A stretch of 64,000 bases of DNA from Eledone cirrhosa (taxonomy: Eukaryota): contig OZ024766.1 of NCBI GenBank assembly GCA_964016885.1, forward strand, positions 3,534,001-3,598,000, written 5' to 3'. The notes below the pieces were generated by a model. It was not told the origin of the DNA and ran no database searches. It worked only from the letters and a program-made list of their open reading frames with translations. Of this stretch, positions 55,591-62,829 are shown piece by piece. The translations under genes and the position numbers were made by a program. Each line of letters begins with the position of its first letter. The first letter of the stretch is position 1.

Positions 55591-58500
55591 CTATATACTC
55601 AACTATATATATATAATATGTCTATATAATCAATCGTGTCTGTATAATATGTCTATATAATCAATATATAATCAATATACAATCAATCTCTTCTCTGTCT
55701 TTCAGCCACATGCCAGTCCATCATCAATACAGAAATTTGACTTGGATCAGGTAAGATGTGTGTGTTGTGAGGTGTGTATGTGTGGTGAGGTGTGTGTGTT
55801 GTGAGGTGTGTATGTTGTGAGGTGTGTGTGTTGTGTGTGTGTGTTGTGAAATGTTGTGAGGTGTGTGTGTGTGTTGTGAAATGTTGTGAGGTGTGTGTGT
55901 TGTGAAATATTGTGAGGTCTGTATGTGTGGTGAGGTGTGTGTGTTGTGTTGTGAGGTGTGTATGTGTGGTGAGGTGTGTGTGTTGTGAAATGTGTGTTGT
56001 GTTGTGAGGTGTGTGTAGTGTTGTGAAATATTGTGAGGTGTGTAGTGTTGTGAAATGTGAAGTATGTGTGTTGTGTTGTGAAAGGTGTGTAGTGATGTGA
56101 GGTGTGTGTGTTGTGAAATGTGAGGTGTGTAGTGTTGTGAAAGGTGAGGTGTGTAGTGTTGTGTTGTAAAATGTGAGGTGTGTAGTGTTGTGAAATGTGA
56201 GGTGTGTAGTGTTGTGAAATGTGAGGTGTGTAGTGTTGTGAAATGTGAGGTGTGTGTGTTGTGAGGTGTGTATCTTCAACACTGTATTCTATGTATCCCA
56301 AGACCCAGTCTTCAGCCTATACTCTATACATTACAGGAGAAAATGTTGCCCGGTGTGATAATGGCCATTGGTGGACAAGTGTTTGATATGTTGTATCAGT
56401 TAGCTGAGCTGGAGGAGCCAAAGTAAGGACCTACTCTCTCTCTCTCACTCTCTCACTCACTCTCTCACACTCTCTCTCTCTCACTCTCACTCTCTCTGAC
56501 TATGTCCCCCATTATATTACTGTGTCACCAGAATCACGTGCCGTGTCAGGAAACTGTTGATGTTGATCCCAACCGACCCTTCCATCTCCGACGCCTTCGA
56601 TTCCATCAGCCAGCGAGTAAGTCAGCCTTTATTTTACTCCCTTTATTTATGGGGCCCAGTTGTTAGGGTGTTGGCTTGTATGATAGTAACATTGGGATTT
56701 GGACGGTGTTTTGGTGTTGGCCAGTGTGTTTTAGTCTTGCCCAGTGTGTTTTGGTGTTGGGCAGTGTGTTTTAGTCTTGCCCAGTGTGTTTTGGTGTTGG
56801 GCAGTGTGTTTTGGTCTTGCTCAGTGTGTTTTGGTCTTGCCCAGTGTGTTTTGGTCTTGGCCAGTGTGTTTTGGTGTTGGGCAGTGTGTTTTGGTCTTGC
56901 CCAGTGTGTTTTGGTCTTGGCCAGTGTGTTTTGGTGTTGGGCAGTGTGTTTTGGTCTTGGCCAGTGTGTTTTGGTCTTGCTCAGTGTGTTTTGGTGTTGG
57001 GCAGTGTGTTTTGGTCTTGGCCAGTGTGTTTTGGTCTTGCTCAGTGTGTTTTGGTGTTGGGCAGTGTGTTTTGGTCTTGCCCAGTGTGTTTTGGTCTTGG
57101 CCAGTGTGTTTTGGTGTTGGGCAGTGTGTTTTGGTGTTGGGCAGTGTGTTTTGGTCTTGCTCAGTGTGTTTTGGTGTTGGGCAGTGTGTTTTGGTCTTGG
57201 GCAGTGTGTTTTGGTCTTGGCCAGTGTGTTTTGGTCTTGGCCAGTGTGTTTTGGTGTTGGGCAGTGTGTTTTGGTCTTGCTCAGTGTGTTTTGGTGTTGG
57301 GCAGTGTGTTTTGGTCTTGGCCAGTGTGTTTTTGGTCTTGCTCAGTGTGTTTTGGTTTTGGTCTTGCCCAGTGTGTTTTGGTGTTGGCCAGTATGTTTTG
57401 GTGTTGGCCAGTGTGTTTTGGTCTTGGCCAGTGTATTTTGGTCTTGGCCAGTGTGTTTTGGCTGAGTCTTGGCCAGTGTGTTTTGGCTGAGTCTTGGCCA
57501 GTGTGTTTTGGCTGAGTCTTGGCCAGTGTGTTTTGGTAGTGGTGTTGTGGATGCTATGGTGATGGTGGGGATGGAGGTATGGTGATGATGGTGGTGGTGG
57601 TGGTAGTGTGCTGGTGGTGTTGATGATGGTAGTAGTATGGTGGTGATGTTGATGATGGTGGTAGTGATGGTAATGTGGTGGTGGTGGTGTGTTGCGGATG
57701 TTATGGTGGTGTGGCGGTGTTGATGACATGATTTCATTTTCTGTCCCCATCTAGATGGAAGTGAAGCAGTCGTGTTCCTCCGAAGATGTCAGTCCTCGCT
57801 CCAGCCCTAAGAAGGTGTCTGCACACCCTTCATCATCTTCAGGTTTATGTACCCCATCAGCGGGGACATTGAAACTCAGTCCCCACGAGATCCTCCGCTC
57901 TCTTCTCAGCTCCGCGGGGCCTGACATGTCGGCATTTAGACTCCTTTATAATCTTGAGGTATGTCTCTCTCTCTCTCTCTCTCTCTTTATATATATATAT
58001 ATGGAGGCACATGGCTTAGTGGTTAGAGCATTGGCCTTGCAATCGAAAGGTTGTGAGTTCAATTCTCAGACCGGGTGATGTGTTGTGTCCTTGAGCAAGA
58101 CACTTTATTTCACATTGCTCCAGTTTACTCAGCTGTAGAAATGAGATGATAGGGACTGGGGTCCCTATCATTCCACTGCAAAGTGGTCGTGTAGGTGCCA
58201 CGGCAAAAAAGCACCCAGCACTCACTGTAAATGAGGTTGGTGTTAGGAAGGGCATCCAGTGTAGAAATCAAGCCAGAATCAGTTCCCGTCCCACCCTTGC
58301 AAGCAGGGATAAGCGGACGTAAAATGATGATATGCATATATAATGATTCAAGGATGATTTGTTAAGGCTTCATTACGTTTATTGGTTGGTTACGTGCGTT
58401 TTGCTATTGATCAGCTCATGGTCTGATCTATTTATCATATAAAGTTTGAAAAATATCGGTTGGGTACTTCTCGAGTTTTAGAGATTCAAACTCACACATA

Positions 58501-61216
58501 CTCACACACACACAGACATCCTCAGTTTTATATATATAGATATATATACACATATATATGTATGTAAAAGGTAAACAGAAATAACAACACAATCGGTACA
58601 GTATATGGAAGGGATATATTAGGTTAACGCTTGATATAGCACATTTCGGACGCTAGTCCTTCATCAGAAGAAAGAATGAGAAATAAGATAAATTGAAGGG
58701 ACGGGCGGGGTTGGAATTGGAAAAGAAATGTCTTTAGATAAAAATAACAGGTCCATTCATGTTGACATCTCTTGGAAAACTGTTGGTGCTGGCGTTTTGT
58801 GTATGATTTGTTTTTTTAGAAAAGTGGATGATGGAGCGCGTCTACCTGAAATAGAAAAAAAAAACCATTTCGTAAAAAGAGCTATACGGTACCTTACTGG
58901 AGGAGAGCGAAACTGAACCGGGAAAAATCCATCGGGCTGCAACTCGGAACGTGGAGAGGCAAACCGATGCCTCCTGACGGTGTCGTCGGACACTGGACGG
59001 AGGGCCCGGTAAAGTTGCTTGGGGTCTGGTTTGGACCGGACCTCCAGGTGGAAAAGAACTGGAACGAGGTAAATTGAAGGGACGGGCGGGGTTGGAATTG
59101 GAAAAGAAATGTCTTTAGATAAAAATAACAGGTCCATTCATGTTGACATCTCTTGGAAAACTGTTGGTGCTGGCGTTTTGTGTATGATTTGTTTTTTTAG
59201 AAAAGTGGATGATGGAGCGCGTCTACCTGAAATAGAAAAAAAAAACCATTTCGTAAAAAGAGCTATACTTGTGCATGTGCGTCAGCATGTGACATTCCAC
59301 CACATGTCTGTAGTGTAGGAGCTCTGATAAGTCGGTGAACTATGTCTATGGCATCACATGTGACATTCCACCACATGTCTGTAGTGTAGGAGCTCTGATA
59401 AGTCGGTGAACTATGTCTATGGCATCACATGTGACATTCCACCACATGTCTGTAGTGTAGGAGCTCTGATAAGTCGGTGAACTATGTCTATGGCATCACA
59501 TGTGACATTCCACCACATGTCTGTAGTGTAGGAGCTCTGATAAGTCGGTGAACTATGTCTATGGCATCACATGTGACATTCCACCACATGTCTGTAGTGT
59601 AGGAGCTCTGATAAGTCGGTGAACTATGTCTATGGCATCACATGTGACATTCCACCACATGTCTGTAGTGTAGGAGCTCTGATAAGTCGGTGAACTATGT
59701 CTATGGCATCACATGTGACATTCCACCACATGTCTGTAGTGTAGGAGCTCTGATAAGTCGGTGAACTATGTCTATGGCATCACATGTGACATTCCACCAC
59801 ATGTCTGTAGTGTAGGAGCTCTGATAAGTCGGTGAACTATGTCTATGGCATCACATGTGACATTCCACCACATGTCTGTAGTGTAGGAGCTCTGATAAGT
59901 CGGTGAACTATGTCTATGGCATCACATGTGACATTCCACCACATGTCTGTAGTGTAGGAGCTCTGATAAGTCGGTGAACTATGTCTATGGCATCACATGT
60001 GACATTCCACCACATGTCTGTAGTGTAGGAGCTCTGATAAGTCGGTGAACTATGTCTATGGCATCACATGTGACATTCCACCACATGTCTGTAGTGTAGG
60101 AGCTCTGATAAGTCGGTGAACTATGTCTATGGCATCACATGTGACATTCCACCACATGTCTGTAGTGTAGGAGCTCTGATAAGTCGGTGAACTATGTCTA
60201 TGGCATCACATGTGACATTCCACCACATGTCTGTAGTGTAGGAGCTCTGATAAGTCGGTGAACTATGTCTATGGCATCACATGTGACATTCCACCACATG
60301 TCTGTAGTGTAGGAGCTCTGATAAGTCGGTGAACTATGTCTATGGCATCACATGTGACATTCCACCACATGTCTGTAGTGTAGGAGCTCTGATAAGTCGG
60401 TGAACTATGTCTATGGCATCACATGTGACATTCCACCACATGTCTGTAGTGTAGGAGCTCTGATAAGTCGGTGAACTATGTCTATGGCATCACATGTGAC
60501 ATTCCACCACATGTCTGTAGTGTAGGAGCTCTGATAAGTCGGTGAACTATGTCTATGGCATCACATGTGACATTCCACCACATGTCTGTAGTGTAGGAGC
60601 TCTGATAAGTCGGTGAACTATGTCTATGGCATCACATGTGACATTCCACCACATGTCTGTAGTGTAGGAGCTCTGATAAGTCGGTGAACTATGTCTATGG
60701 CATCACATGTGACATTCCACCACATGTCTGTAGTGTAGGAGCTCTGATAAGTCGGTGAACTATGTCTATGGCATCACATGTGACATTCCACCACATGTCT
60801 GTAGTGTAGGAGCTCTGATAAGTCGGTGAACTATGTCTATGGCATCACATGTGACATTCCACCACATGTCTGTAGTGTAGGAGCTCTGATAAGTCGGTGA
60901 ACTATGTCTATGGCATCACATGTGACATTCCACCACATGTCTGTAGTGTAGGAGCTCTGATAAGTCGGTGAACTATGTCTATGGCATCACAAACATCTGT
61001 CTCGTTGTTTTTTTTTTTTCAGGTACTCAGCAGTAAACTAATGCCGACAGGAGAAGAAGTTGGGGTGCAGCACAGTGCTAAACGCTTTTGTGAGGACTTC
61101 CTCATGGCTGGTGGCCTCGCACTAGTGATGCACATCCTGCAGCCGGAAGCCATGGCGACAGACATCGCATATGCCATACGTCAAGCATCATACACCATCT
61201 CATTGCAGCTGACCAA
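2305..61216 (+). CDS. USP24: USP24-like ubiquitin carboxyl-terminal hydrolase, partial (30 exons, N-terminal/central non-catalytic region)
   Basis: Spliced translation is colinear with vertebrate USP24 as I recall it ([79 protein letters not shown]). All introns are GT-AG, phases are consistent, total 3410 nt. Confidence 0.93.
2540..5348. repeat. GT-rich compound minisatellite (gtggtgttgtaatgtggtagt / gtggtggtggtagtagt)
   Basis: Visible repeat filling intron 1. Confidence 0.95.
5376..5443 (+). CDS. USP24: USP24 exon 2 ([23 protein letters not shown])
   Basis: ttcag / gtaaca; phase 1 to 0. Confidence 0.92.
5528..5860 (+). mobile_element. tRNA-derived SINE family B with RTE-type tail
   Basis: ggcttagtggttagagc...gagttc head; tail cccttgcaagcagggaaaagtggacgtaaaatga; near-identical copies elsewhere in the window. 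Confidence 0.8.
5861..6152 (+). mobile_element. Non-autonomous retroelement family C fragment with (TGA)n tail
   Basis: Matches 12213-12690 and 61960-62680. Confidence 0.7.
6252..7662. repeat. ~141-bp tandem repeat, ~10 copies
   Basis: Unit ctaatagaatattagtctacgac...gaacgtctccatgaaccac. Confidence 0.93.
7878..8021 (+). CDS. USP24: USP24 exon 3 ([10 protein letters not shown]...LLDVLSM)
   Basis: aacag / gtgagt; 144 nt. Confidence 0.92.
8143..11372 (-). repeat. 77-80-bp tandem array from the SINE-A 3' end, ~41 copies
   Basis: Reverse complement matches 20530-20597; the array runs into the rest of the SINE at 11372-11420. Confidence 0.93.
11586..11630 (+). ncRNA. Minimal type I hammerhead ribozyme motif (Penelope-like element type)
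   Basis: gcc-CTGATGA-gttct(taat)aggac-GAAA-catt-GTC-ggc: core intact, 5-bp helix II, helix I gcc/ggc. Confidence 0.7.
11779..12067. repeat. Imperfect inverted repeat, ~107-bp arms, ~75-bp spacer
   Basis: caacattggtgcgctttcatcagataaaata vs tattttatctgatgaaagcgcaccaatgttg; caatgatattaaat vs atttaatatcattg. Confidence 0.88.
12213..12690 (+). mobile_element. Family C retroelement with internal ~114-bp duplication
   Basis: Same head (ctacagtcagtaggca) and tail as the 61960-62680 copy. Confidence 0.7.
13322..14283 (-). mobile_element. 5'-truncated RTE-clade LINE with internal 80-bp x8 tandem amplification (13565-14207)
   Basis: Minus-strand translation EASMLRWMC...[11 protein letters not shown]...GRGRPRKTW is typical of the RTE ORF C-terminus; (TGA)n tail. 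Confidence 0.88.
14335..14460 (+). CDS. USP24: USP24 exon 4 ([13 protein letters not shown]...STAGKN)
   Basis: cccag / gtaaga; 126 nt. Confidence 0.92.
14859..14894 (+). CDS. USP24: USP24 exon 5 ([12 protein letters not shown])
   Basis: tacag / gtaaat; 36 nt. Confidence 0.9.
14944..16594. repeat. 48-bp tandem array (gacacctacatgaccactttacagtgtggactgggtgctttttgttgt)
   Basis: Visible; reverse complement of a SINE-B / family C body segment. Confidence 0.93.
16881..16946 (+). CDS. USP24: USP24 exon 6 ([22 protein letters not shown])
   Basis: tatag / gtgagt; 66 nt. Confidence 0.88.
17315..18225. repeat. 48-49-bp tandem array, variant of the 14944 family
   Basis: Shares accactttacagtgtggactggg. 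Confidence 0.92.
18721..18861 (+). CDS. USP24: USP24 exon 7 ([10 protein letters not shown]...KDFKEK)
   Basis: cccag / gtaagc; 141 nt. Confidence 0.92.
18948..19050 (+). mobile_element. Dispersed repeat beginning TTAACCCTTTAGCATTTAAAC (possible piggyBac-type MITE end); also ~43919-44040 + and ~50400-50612 -
   Basis: Three similar copies; TTAA|CCCT start is typical of piggyBac termini; second end not identified. Confidence 0.45.
19050..20090 (+). repeat. 72-bp AT-rich satellite, ~14 copies
   Basis: cacagtaaaggctttacctcacataatatctcacataacatttacattactctatatatactattgtatt. Confidence 0.95.
20100..20900. repeat. ~61-bp AT-rich tandem repeat interrupted by SINE-A
   Basis: ttacctgttaattacctgttcattttacctgaatgtaacgagacctc. 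Confidence 0.85.
20891..21433 (+). repeat. Triplication (182/179-bp units) of the exon 8 acceptor plus first ~75 nt of the exon
   Basis: Three copies of tacaacag|aaagtggggagtgtg...caggatgttgaa. Confidence 0.95.
21359..21517 (+). CDS. USP24: USP24 exon 8 (KVGSVSELL...MNSLKE)
   Basis: aacag / gtaaga; 159 nt; third and only complete copy of a triplicated acceptor. Confidence 0.92.
21611..23181. repeat. 45-bp tandem array, ~35 copies
   Basis: taccaggacagcatctctaatactagcatgggttggactggtcct. Confidence 0.95.
23585..23696 (+). CDS. USP24: USP24 exon 9 ([10 protein letters not shown]...LAIALE)
   Basis: tgtag / gtaagt; phase 0 to 1. Confidence 0.9.
24167..24270 (+). CDS. USP24: USP24 exon 10 ([10 protein letters not shown]...IWKMQ)
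   Basis: ctcag / gtcagt; phase 1 to 0. Confidence 0.93.
25222..25329 (+). CDS. USP24: USP24 exon 11 ([11 protein letters not shown]...FLIQK)
   Basis: tccag / gttggt; 108 nt. Confidence 0.92.
25589..25684 (+). CDS. USP24: USP24 exon 12 ([14 protein letters not shown]...TTTR)
   Basis: ttcag / gtgagt; 96 nt. Confidence 0.92.
25715..26110 (+). mobile_element. SINE family B
   Basis: Near-identical to the 5528 copy; (TGA)n tail. Confidence 0.8.
26427..26588 (+). CDS. USP24: USP24 exon 13 ([12 protein letters not shown]...CVEDIKK)
   Basis: tccag / gtaagt; 162 nt. Confidence 0.92.
26615..36290. repeat. 81-bp GC/CpG-rich satellite, ~9.7 kb, ~120 copies
   Basis: tatgtagccggtaaaccctgcagggacgccacacacatcgctacagcgtttcaccagccccttctgctgtctgtatctgtc. 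Confidence 0.97.
36873..36956 (+). CDS. USP24: USP24 exon 14 ([12 protein letters not shown]...NKSDK)
   Basis: tccag / gtaagt; 84 nt; last of five copies of the acceptor. Confidence 0.88.
37120..38192 (-). repeat. 47-bp tandem array from the SINE-B tail, ~22 copies
   Basis: Reverse complement of 26015-26062. Confidence 0.93.
38320..38463 (+). CDS. USP24: USP24 exon 15 (GILYELNRN...DGRYTHAE)
   Basis: ttcag / gtaact; 144 nt. Confidence 0.92.
38708..39015. repeat. ~105-bp tandem repeat x3
   Basis: ccccagtcctatcat...ggtttagctggcctcctacaaggttg. Confidence 0.85.
39260..39742. repeat. Near-perfect palindrome, ~235-bp arms, 8-nt loop (39495-39502)
   Basis: tacgtagtttagaaagccacaac...gttgttaa aacaggaa ttaacgac...gttgtggctttctaaactacgta. 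Confidence 0.95.
39865..39996 (+). CDS. USP24: USP24 exon 16 (YVSTHLNFL...DWDKE)
   Basis: cccag / gtaagt; 132 nt. Confidence 0.92.
40109..41112 (-). repeat. 72-bp satellite, ~14 copies, inverted relative to 19050-20090 (two more units at ~44056-44210)
   Basis: Reverse complement of the same unit. Confidence 0.95.
41139..41250 (+). CDS. USP24: USP24 exon 17 (TCYEWFSHG...VLTEK)
   Basis: tgcag / gtcagt; phase 0 to 1. Confidence 0.92.
41337..41863. repeat. 66-bp tandem array x8 ending in a retroelement tail
   Basis: ggccccagaaagggcatggtccctacatgtggtaagatgtgg... Confidence 0.92.
42290..42372 (+). CDS. USP24: USP24 exon 18 ([14 protein letters not shown]...GFSL)
   Basis: tgtag / gtaaga; phase 1 to 0. 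Confidence 0.9.
42398..43028 (-). mobile_element. SINE family B with internal 49-bp tandem amplification
   Basis: Reverse complement of the 5528 copy with ~7 extra units. Confidence 0.8.
43190..43740. repeat. 48-bp tandem array, diverged variant
   Basis: accactttacagagtgtactgggtgtattttatcatgacacc. Confidence 0.88.
43767..43907 (+). CDS. USP24: USP24 exon 19 ([14 protein letters not shown]...PKIKK)
   Basis: tccag / gtatgt; 141 nt. Confidence 0.92.
44523..44576 (+). CDS. USP24: USP24 exon 20 ([18 protein letters not shown])
   Basis: ttcag / gtaagt; 54 nt. Confidence 0.92.
44558..45250 (+). repeat. Array of ~14 extra copies of the exon 20 donor junction, followed by a GTGTG/GTAGT tract to ~46003
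   Basis: tgttataacagattggag|gtgagttgt. Confidence 0.93.
46036..46148 (+). CDS. USP24: USP24 exon 21 ([13 protein letters not shown]...GTVPS)
   Basis: tgtag / gtaagt; phase 0 to 2. Confidence 0.88.
46304..47066. repeat. 36-bp palindromic-unit tandem array, ~21 copies
   Basis: agttcataact-tcaa-agttatgaact + cttttccaac. Confidence 0.95.
47322..47850. repeat. ~60-65-bp degenerate tandem repeat with G-runs
   Basis: cttataaacaaggtttgaat...tgtccatttctcagacataaaa. Confidence 0.85.
47973..48074 (+). CDS. Candidate cassette exon 21b (34 codons, [33 protein letters not shown])
   Basis: Long T-tract + aacag, ag|gtatgc donor, symmetric phase 2-2, open in the USP24 frame. Confidence 0.6.
48168..48582. 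repeat. (GTT/GCT/ACT)n trinucleotide tract
   Basis: Visible. Confidence 0.95.
48585..48762 (+). CDS. USP24: USP24 exon 22 ([11 protein letters not shown]...ILPHGTSF...FVLM)
   Basis: tgtag / gtcagt; phase 2 to 0. Confidence 0.92.
48892..49552 (+). repeat. 77-bp SINE-A tail array, ~8.5 copies, inverted relative to 8143-11372
   Basis: Reverse complement of the same unit. Confidence 0.93.
49795..50050 (+). mobile_element. Probable Penelope-like element terminus with hammerhead-like core (inverted copy ~58560-58812; fragment ~24320-24375)
   Basis: tctt-CTGATGA-a-ggac(tagc)gtcc-GAAACGTT-aaga at 49926-49961; dispersed copies. Confidence 0.55.
50123..50215 (+). CDS. USP24: USP24 exon 23 ([11 protein letters not shown]...ANERL)
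   Basis: aacag / gtgagt; 93 nt. Confidence 0.9.
50935..51340. repeat. 102-bp tandem repeat x4 containing CCGGAAGTG
   Basis: aagccggaag at 50941, 51043, 51145, 51247. Confidence 0.92.
51402..51518 (+). CDS. USP24: USP24 exon 24 ([15 protein letters not shown]...SQVKE)
   Basis: ttcag / gtaaga; 117 nt. Confidence 0.9.
51498..54010 (+). repeat. 166-168-bp array with 8 extra copies of the exon 24 donor junction, decaying into a ~31-bp gtggtggttatttaggg repeat
   Basis: tccaacagccaggtgaaagag|gtaagatc repeated. Confidence 0.93.
54103..54408 (-). mobile_element. RTE LINE 3' fragment
   Basis: [25 protein letters not shown]; similar to the 13322 copy. Confidence 0.85.
54500..54639 (-). mobile_element. 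SINE family B head
   Basis: Reverse complement of the 5528 head. Confidence 0.75.
54896..54922 (+). CDS. USP24: USP24 micro-exon 25 (IQECLRIDQ)
   Basis: Strong pyrimidine tract + tacag, cag|gtaaac; 27 nt, phase 0-0; falls in a poorly conserved linker. Confidence 0.65.
55084..55680. repeat. (TA)n-based minisatellite (tatactcaactata)
   Basis: Visible. Confidence 0.9.
55706..55750 (+). CDS. USP24: USP24 exon 26 ([15 protein letters not shown])
   Basis: ttcag / gtaaga; 45 nt. Confidence 0.82.
56337..56422 (+). CDS. USP24: USP24 exon 27 ([10 protein letters not shown]...LEEP)
   Basis: tacag / gtaagg; phase 0 to 2. Confidence 0.93.
56532..56616 (+). CDS. USP24: USP24 exon 28 ([16 protein letters not shown]...SQR)
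   Basis: accag / gtaagt; phase 2 to 0. Confidence 0.92.
56706..57536. repeat. 20-bp minisatellite (cagtgtgttttggtcttggc)
   Basis: Visible. Confidence 0.93.
57755..57958 (+). CDS. USP24: USP24 exon 29 (MEVKQSC...FRLLYNLE)
   Basis: tctag / gtatgt; 204 nt. Confidence 0.9.
58001..58330 (+). mobile_element. SINE family B
   Basis: Near-identical to the 5528 copy. Confidence 0.8.
59286..60991. repeat. 71-bp tandem array, ~24 apparently identical copies
   Basis: catgtgacattccaccacatgtctgtagtgtaggagctctgataagtcggtgaactatgtctatggcatca. Confidence 0.96.
61023..61216 (+). CDS. USP24: USP24 exon 30 (VLSSKLMPT...ISLQLT)
   Basis: ttcag / gtaaat; phase 0 to 2. Confidence 0.92.
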
Positions 61217-61292
61217 GTAAATGCACTTTTTACTTCACCTTACATGTTACTGCACATTTACACATGCCATGTGTGTGTGTGTGTGTATATAT

Positions 61293-61570
61293 CATCATCA
61301 TCATCATCATCATCACCGTTTTACGTCCGTTCTTCCACGCTAGCATGGGTTAGACGGGTTGTCCTGTTGTGGGCAGTGTCTGGTCGGCTGACCATGCCTT
61401 GCTCATACAGGAACTGATCTGGCTTGATTTCTACAGCTGGATGCCCTTCCTAACACCAACCTCAGTTACAGTGAGTGCTGGCTGCTTTTTCGTGGCGCCT
61501 ACACGTCCACTTTACAGTGTGGGCTGGGTGCTTTTTTGCCGTGGCACCTCCACGACCACCTTGCAGTGGG
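61293..61570 (-). mobile_element. SINE family B 3' part
   Basis: Reverse complement of 25890-26110. Confidence 0.75.
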
Positions 61571-61599
61571 AGAGTGTGGGGGCATATTGTCTATATGCT

Positions 61600-61897
61600 T
61601 CAGCATGTACCCATGGGAGGTCGGGTACCCTGTATTACTGCGTGACGCCAGAAGTCACGGTCGTGTGTCATCGCCTTTGAGAGGTGTAGTTGGGTAAGGT
61701 CGGCTTTTATCACCTCATCCCAAGTCATCATGGGTCTCCCCACTCCGCGGTTTCCATCAACTTCTAGTGCTCTGCACCTTTTTATGCAGCTGTCATCCTT
61801 CATACGCATCACATGTCCATACCAGCGTAACCGCCTCTCCTGCACGCAGCATTTGATTCCTCTTATGCTCAGTCTCTCTCTCAATTCATTTATGCTT
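61600..61897 (-). mobile_element. RTE LINE 3' fragment (different subfamily)
   Basis: [30 protein letters not shown]. Confidence 0.85.
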
Positions 61898-61959
61898 TGT
61901 ATATATATATATATATATTTGGCGCTACGCAGTAATACAGATGACCCGCCTAGCCTAAG

Positions 61960-62680
61960 TACAAAGCGAAAGCTACAGTCAGTAGGCACCTCTTAACAAA
62001 AATACACCCCCGTCCCACTACCCCCAATACCATCCACACCACCCCTTTCAATATGAAGTTATGTTGGTGTCACAACATCCAGTCCTAAATAAATGAGGTC
62101 GTGTAGGTGTCACGACAAAAAAACCACACAGCCCACGCTGTAATGTGGCCGTGTAGATAACACGGTAAAAACCTCCCAGCCCCACACTGTAAACGTGGTT
62201 GGTGTTAGGAAGGGCATCCAGCCGTAGAAAACCCGCCAGACAGTCCACGCTGTAATGTGGCCGTGTAGGCAACACGGTAAAAACCTCCCAGCCCCACACT
62301 GTAAATGTGGTTGGTGTTAGGAAGGGCATCCAGCCGTAGAAAACCCGCCAGACAGTCCACGCTGTAATGTGGCCGTGTAGGCAACACGGTAAAAACCTCC
62401 CAGCCCCACACTGTAAATGTGGTTGGTGTTAGGAAGGGCATCCAGCCGTAGAAAACCCGCCAGACAGTCCACGCTGTAATGTGGCTGTGTAGGCAACACG
62501 GTAAAAACCTCCCAGCCCCACACTGTAAACGTGGTTGGTGTTAGGAAGGGCATCCAGCCGTAGAAAACCCGCCAGACAGTCCTATACGAGCAGGACAACC
62601 AATCTTGCCTCAAGTGGGACAATTCCCGTCCAGACCCATGCAAGCGTGGAAGATGGACGTTAAACGATGATGATGATGAT
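61960..62680 (+). mobile_element. Family C retroelement with internal ~113-bp x4 tandem
   Basis: Matches the 12213 copy. Confidence 0.7.
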
Positions 62681-62829
62681 ATTAGAAAGTGAGGTTTTTT
62701 TTAAAAATGAAAAAAAAAAACGAGGTGTCCTACACAAGTGAAAATATAAAGAATATATATTTATTTGGTTCCTTTGCCAGTTTCGCAGTTCTTCTGCTTT
62801 TCAAAAGTAGAATTGAGATGGAGGGTCTG

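Noticed and set aside
59286-60991. Tandem hammerhead array (ctgataag...gaac)
   Set aside because: The core deviates (CTGATAA, no GAAA) and no helix II forms.
2305-61216. USP9X/fat facets or USP34 as the gene identity
   Set aside because: These are related paralogues, but motifs such as [14 protein letters not shown], [10 protein letters not shown] and KDQKLLHQL fit USP24 better as I recall. A reciprocal BLAST would settle it.
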